From assembly GCA_963783575.1 (NCBI GenBank), contig CAWAOD010000009.1, positions 256,001 through 320,000 on the forward strand: 64,000 nt of DNA, read 5' to 3'. The notes beneath the pieces are model-generated. The model worked only from the letters and a program-made list of their open reading frames with translations. It made no database searches and had not been told where the DNA came from. The stretch is from an uncultured Spirochaetota bacterium. Its GTDB lineage: Bacteria; Spirochaetota; Brevinematia; Brevinematales; JAOACQ01. Shown here in pieces: positions 59,639 to 64,000 of this stretch (position 1 is its first letter; every line of letters begins with the position of its first letter). The position numbers and the translations under genes are program-made.

Positions 59639-60610
59639 ATGGTTAAACCAAGCAACGCTCAAATTTCACTAATCTTAAACCAGGAGAATCCTGAATCTGT
59701 TCTTACCGAGGTTAAAAGAATTTTTACATATTATTATGGAAGAAATTATCTCAAAATAGTTAAAAATACTTTCCATTTGATTAAGAATCTATTTTCCGGA
59801 AAGTTTCCTGGTTATCAGGCTTGTAATACGGAATATCATGATTTATGTCATACTATGGATGCATTTATCGCAGCAGTAAGATTAATTGACGGAAAAAATA
59901 TATTCGAAAAACCATTTCCTGTTAAAATAGCGGTTGATCTATTGCTTGCTTCGCTTTTTCATGATACAGGCTATATTCAGGAGAATGGTGATAAAACCGG
60001 AACCGGTGCAAAATATACCAGAATCCATGTCGGAAGAAGCATACAATTTTTACAAAAGAATAGAGTTTTATTTGGAATTAATATGGACGATGCAGGACTC
60101 ATATCAAAAATTATTTCATGCACGGGTCTAAACGCGGAATGCGATAATATGTGCTTCCAAAATGAAGAAGAGATAAAAGCAGGCGCTATTCTTGGAACAG
60201 CAGATCTAATTGGACAGATGGCCGACAGAAATTACCTTGAAAAACTGCTTTTTCTATATTATGAGTTTAAAGAAGCAAGTATTTCAGGTTACAATACCCA
60301 GTTCGATATCCTGAAAAACACATTATCTTTCTATGACCAGACAAAAAAAAGACTGGATGGTTCTTTTAAAAAGGCTTATACGTATGCTTTTTACCATTTT
60401 AAAGAAAGGTATCAGATACCACGTAATCTTTATATGGATTCCATTGAAAAACATATAGGTTATTTAAAGGAAATAATCATGGATGAAAGCACCAATTTCC
60501 GTCATAAATTGAAAAGGATGGATTTGAAGGAAAAGGAGCTTAAATATCTTGAAAAAAGCATCGATCAGCCTCTGGAAATGAATTTTGCAAATTCATCTAT
60601 TATAAGCTGA
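59639..60610 (+). CDS. HD-domain phosphohydrolase
   Basis: YHDLCHT, LFHDTGY, HVGRS, TADLIGQMADR; ATG at 59639 after AAGGAG. Confidence 0.85.
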   Translation: MVKPSNAQISLILNQENPESVLTEVKRIFTYYYGRNYLKIVKNTFHLIKNLFSGKFPGYQACNTEYHDLCHTMDAFIAAVRLIDGKNIFEKPFPVKIAVDLLLASLFHDTGYIQENGDKTGTGAKYTRIHVGRSIQFLQKNRVLFGINMDDAGLISKIISCTGLNAECDNMCFQNEEEIKAGAILGTADLIGQMADRNYLEKLLFLYYEFKEASISGYNTQFDILKNTLSFYDQTKKRLDGSFKKAYTYAFYHFKERYQIPRNLYMDSIEKHIGYLKEIIMDESTNFRHKLKRMDLKEKELKYLEKSIDQPLEMNFANSSIIS

Positions 60611-60635
60611 TATTTCCGATTTTTTATTAAAATGG

Positions 60636-61115
60636 TCAAGCATCTTGGAAAAATTCAGAATATTCGGGAAAACGGAGCCTTTCCCGGGCTTCATTAGGAG
60701 AAAAGGTAAAGTATAAAATCTCGCCTTCCGTGCAGACTTCACCCTTTGTATTAATCAATTTAACCGACATTACGGCAATGTTCTTTTTCATTTCTTTTAA
60801 CAAGGCCTTTATAATAATTTTACCTTGATCAGTAAATACTGTCTTTCTGTATTTTAACTCGAGCTTAGAAGTCACACCGCCTGTTTTAAGAAGAATCGAA
60901 ACAGCCCAGCCTCCCGTTTCATCCATTAAAGCAGCCTGAATTCCACCATGAAGAACATCGCTGTAACCCTGGAAACTTTTATCAGGCTCCCAAAAACAAA
61001 TAACTTCATTATTTTCCAGAAAAAACTCCATTCTAAGCCCATGAGGATTAACGGGAGAACAACCGAAACAATTATAGCCGGGAATATTAATATAGGGATT
61101 TTTAATTTTCTGCAT
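60636..61115 (-). CDS. PaaI-family (hotdog) thioesterase
   Basis: CFGC..NPHGL, VLHGGIQAALMDE. Confidence 0.9.
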   Translation of the reverse strand: MQKIKNPYINIPGYNCFGCSPVNPHGLRMEFFLENNEVICFWEPDKSFQGYSDVLHGGIQAALMDETGGWAVSILLKTGGVTSKLELKYRKTVFTDQGKIIIKALLKEMKKNIAVMSVKLINTKGEVCTEGEILYFTFSPNEARERLRFPEYSEFFQDA

Positions 61116-61376
61116 AACTTTACTCCAAAATATCGATATTCAATATTGATCCGGATTATGATTATACCTATAAATAGGAAGTAAATCAAAAATAATATCT
61201 ATGTAATTTAGCCGGGTTTTACCTATTGTGCAATTTTTTTTATACAATGTAAATACAAGAATAATTTCATTAATAATAAAAATATTGTTATAATTTATGC
61301 CTGAGTAATAAAGTAAGAAATAGGACAAAGACTTAGCACTCAACGAATATATTTCTGATAAAATCCGGAGGAATTT

Positions 61377-62762
61377 GTGGAAAGAGTCGCCCAATTAGGA
61401 AGTGAAAAAATCAGGAAACTGATAATAAATTTTTCGGCACCGGCAGTTGCGGGCCTTCTAGTCAGCGGCTTATATAATATCGCAGGCGGAATATTCGTCG
61501 GAAGAGGTGTTGGCTCGATGGCTTTGTCCGGGCTATCGGTTTCATTTGCGCTAATGATCATCATAATGGCTTTTGGAATGCTTTCCGGAATGGGGGCAAC
61601 AGCCCTGACATCACTTAAGCTGGGTGAGGGAAAAAATGCAGAGGCAGAAATTGTTGTTGGAAATGCCGTCACTCTTGGGATAATAATATCAGTTTTAATT
61701 ACTGTTTCAGGGATTATTTTTTTAAAACCAATATTATCGGCTTTCGGTGCAAGGAATGAATCAATGAAGTTTGGTTATGAATTTTCAAGCCTTTTGTTAT
61801 TCGGAACGGTCTTTCAAATTTTGACATATTCATTGAATAACCTCATCCGGGGAGAAGGGAATCCAAGAATGGCATTATCAACTACTATTATAGGCTTTCT
61901 CATTTATTGCTTAATTACCCCTATGTTCATCTTCGGATTTCATTTCGGCATCCGCGGTGCATCAGCGGGAATTATTACAGCCCAGATATTCACTACAATC
62001 TGGACATTGTTTTATTTCCTCGGTAAAAAAAGTACACTAAGACTTCATTTTAAAAACCTTAAGCTAAAGATGAATATTGTTACAAGAATTTTATCGATTG
62101 GAATAGCCCCATTTTCAATGCAGCTTATTTCGGGAATAATTCTTATATTGATTAACCATATGGTGGGAATTTATGGCGGTAACACTGGCATTGCTGCAAT
62201 GGGAGTGGCTTTCAGCGTATATAATTTATTTATGATGCCGCTTATCGGAATAAATCAGGGAATCCAGCCGATAATCGGCTACAATTACGGCGCCAAGCAG
62301 TATAAACGGGTTAAAAGTACCCTTAAAACCGCAATAATAGCGGCTACAGTATTCTGTATGGCAGGATTTTTAATTATTATAAATTTTAATGTTTCAATAA
62401 TGAAATTATTCGTTAACGATAATCCTTCCGTTGTCATAATGGGGGCCCATGGTTTGAAGGTTTTTTTAATGATGCTGCCCGTTATAGGATTCCAGATTAT
62501 AAGTATCAGCTATTTCCAGGCAGTGGGCAAACCAAAGGAAGCAATAATATTAAGCCTTTTAAAGTATATCTTACTTTTAATGCCTTTGGTCATAATACTT
62601 CCTTTGTTTTTTAAACTGGAAGGAGTATGGTTATCCGGACCTTTATCGGATTTTATTTCCGCAATTATCACAATAATTTTTTTATACCTGGAAATCAGAC
62701 ATCTGAACCGCAAACACAGCTATGAATCCTCATTAAAAAAGGCAGAGGTGGTTTTAGAGTAA
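61377..62762 (+). CDS. MATE efflux transporter (MepA-like)
   Basis: 12 TMs; IRGEGNP; QPIIGYNYGA; FQAVGK. Confidence 0.92.
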   Translation: MERVAQLGSEKIRKLIINFSAPAVAGLLVSGLYNIAGGIFVGRGVGSMALSGLSVSFALMIIIMAFGMLSGMGATALTSLKLGEGKNAEAEIVVGNAVTLGIIISVLITVSGIIFLKPILSAFGARNESMKFGYEFSSLLLFGTVFQILTYSLNNLIRGEGNPRMALSTTIIGFLIYCLITPMFIFGFHFGIRGASAGIITAQIFTTIWTLFYFLGKKSTLRLHFKNLKLKMNIVTRILSIGIAPFSMQLISGIILILINHMVGIYGGNTGIAAMGVAFSVYNLFMMPLIGINQGIQPIIGYNYGAKQYKRVKSTLKTAIIAATVFCMAGFLIIINFNVSIMKLFVNDNPSVVIMGAHGLKVFLMMLPVIGFQIISISYFQAVGKPKEAIILSLLKYILLLMPLVIILPLFFKLEGVWLSGPLSDFISAIITIIFLYLEIRHLNRKHSYESSLKKAEVVLE

Positions 62763-62783
62763 TTTATTATTAATAATCCCTGC

Positions 62784-64000
62784 TCATATATCGTGGACAA
62801 GATTATTGATCCATTTTCCTGAAATAAACCGGGTTGTCAATAATATTGCTTTAAATATTTCCTGAATTGAAATAAGAGCAAAAACCCATTCTATGGGTAA
62901 TTTCCATACAAATCCTCCAAGAAGAGCCAGAGGCATACCGATAAACCAAACTGCTATCGTATCCATTATACCACAAAAAAGATTGTCGCCCCCGCCCCTC
63001 ATTACGCCCATGACTGCAACCATATTGAATACATAAAATAAAAAATAAAGACCATAAACAAAAAGAACATTCGAAGCGCCATGGATAACACTTCCCGAGA
63101 CCTTATACGGCAGCAGGACAAAATGCCTTGAAGCAATAATCATTAAACCAAGGATTAAGCTCAATACAACTGTTATCCTTAGATACCTTGATGCATATTG
63201 ATAGGCCCTTTCCCTGCTGTTTCCGCCGATGCTGTTTCCGATCATAATCTGGCAGGCATTGGCTATTCCTATAAAAAGTACTGTGGATAAATTCCTGACC
63301 GTAGTTGTAATGTTCATTGAAGCGGCAACTTCAGTTCCCATCCTGGCATATATCGCCATATAAACCGATACGCCGATTGCCCAGATCATATCTTTGCCGA
63401 TCATTATTCCGGTCTGAACAAAAAATCTATGTACAAGATCTTTTGAGATTGAAAAAATTTCCCTGATGCCTTTTATCAATTCAGGCCTTTTTTTATAAAT
63501 ACGGAAAATCTGAAACAATAATGCCACGCAATTAGCAATTACCGTTGAAACAGCGGCTCCTTCCACACCCATTGCCGGAAAACCGAAATTCCCGAAGATC
63601 AGCAGATAATTCAGCGATGTGTTGATTACTATTCCGATCATATTGGCCTGCATCGGGATGATCACTTCATGCATTCCTCTTAAAGCAGCGGCAAAACATA
63701 GATTTACTGCCGTCAAAACATAACTGAAAGAGTAAATTCTCAGAAATTTCACTCCAAGATTTATTACAGCCGGATCATTGGAAAAAAAGCTCATTATACT
63801 TTGGGGAAACAAAAAAGCCGTTATAAAAAATAAAAATGACGAAGCGGTGGCCAGGATCAATCCCAATCCCAGAATGCTTTTGATATGATGAAGGTCTTTT
63901 TTTCCCCAAAACTGGGATACAAAAATCGAAGTCCCGCCGCAAACTCCCTGCATAAGAAGGAATAAAATAAAAAAATACTGGTTTGCCAGGCCGACAGAAG
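62784..64000 (-). CDS. MATE efflux transporter (5' end outside the window)
   Basis: SQFWG, NYLLIFGNFGFPAMGVEGAAVST, MRGGGD, W.NNL; reading frame open to the window edge. Confidence 0.9.
   Translation of the reverse strand, partial: SVGLANQYFFILFLLMQGVCGGTSIFVSQFWGKKDLHHIKSILGLGLILATASSFLFFITAFLFPQSIMSFFSNDPAVINLGVKFLRIYSFSYVLTAVNLCFAAALRGMHEVIIPMQANMIGIVINTSLNYLLIFGNFGFPAMGVEGAAVSTVIANCVALLFQIFRIYKKRPELIKGIREIFSISKDLVHRFFVQTGIMIGKDMIWAIGVSVYMAIYARMGTEVAASMNITTTVRNLSTVLFIGIANACQIMIGNSIGGNSRERAYQYASRYLRITVVLSLILGLMIIASRHFVLLPYKVSGSVIHGASNVLFVYGLYFLFYVFNMVAVMGVMRGGGDNLFCGIMDTIAVWFIGMPLALLGGFVWKLPIEWVFALISIQEIFKAILLTTRFISGKWINNLVHDI

Overview
AT-rich bacterial chromosomal segment. The lipoproteins, the MCP and the stand-alone PilZ protein suggest a free-living spirochaete-like lineage (inference only). 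It holds about 50 CDSs: housekeeping genes (mutS2, rluA-like, DEAD-box helicase, endonuclease IV-like, rlmF, SNF2), c-di-GMP and chemotaxis genes, efflux pumps, and two near-identical IS1182-family copies in opposite orientation. I found no rRNA, tRNA or CRISPR array. Main points of interest: (1) an arsenic-resistance operon (proC-like, acr3, CxxC redoxin, arsP, MtrA-like, arsC, plus gpx and arsR) containing a soluble homolog of the methanogen corrinoid protein MtrA with its cobalt-ligand His retained, a candidate B12-dependent organoarsenic system; (2) nested short palindromic (REP-like) elements inserted into each other's loops, with both IS copies at the same position of one of them; (3) a 14-codon Trp/Tyr-rich leader peptide with an attenuator-like hairpin; (4) a GT2 synthase / GH50-like / GH26 / PilZ glycan cluster; (5) a lipoprotein gene bracketed by a ~55-bp direct repeat; (6) a DUF559 remnant between inverted palindromes that truncates a PLD-like gene. 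Four single-base homopolymer frameshifts are probably sequencing errors. All family assignments come from motif recognition by eye; no database searches were run.
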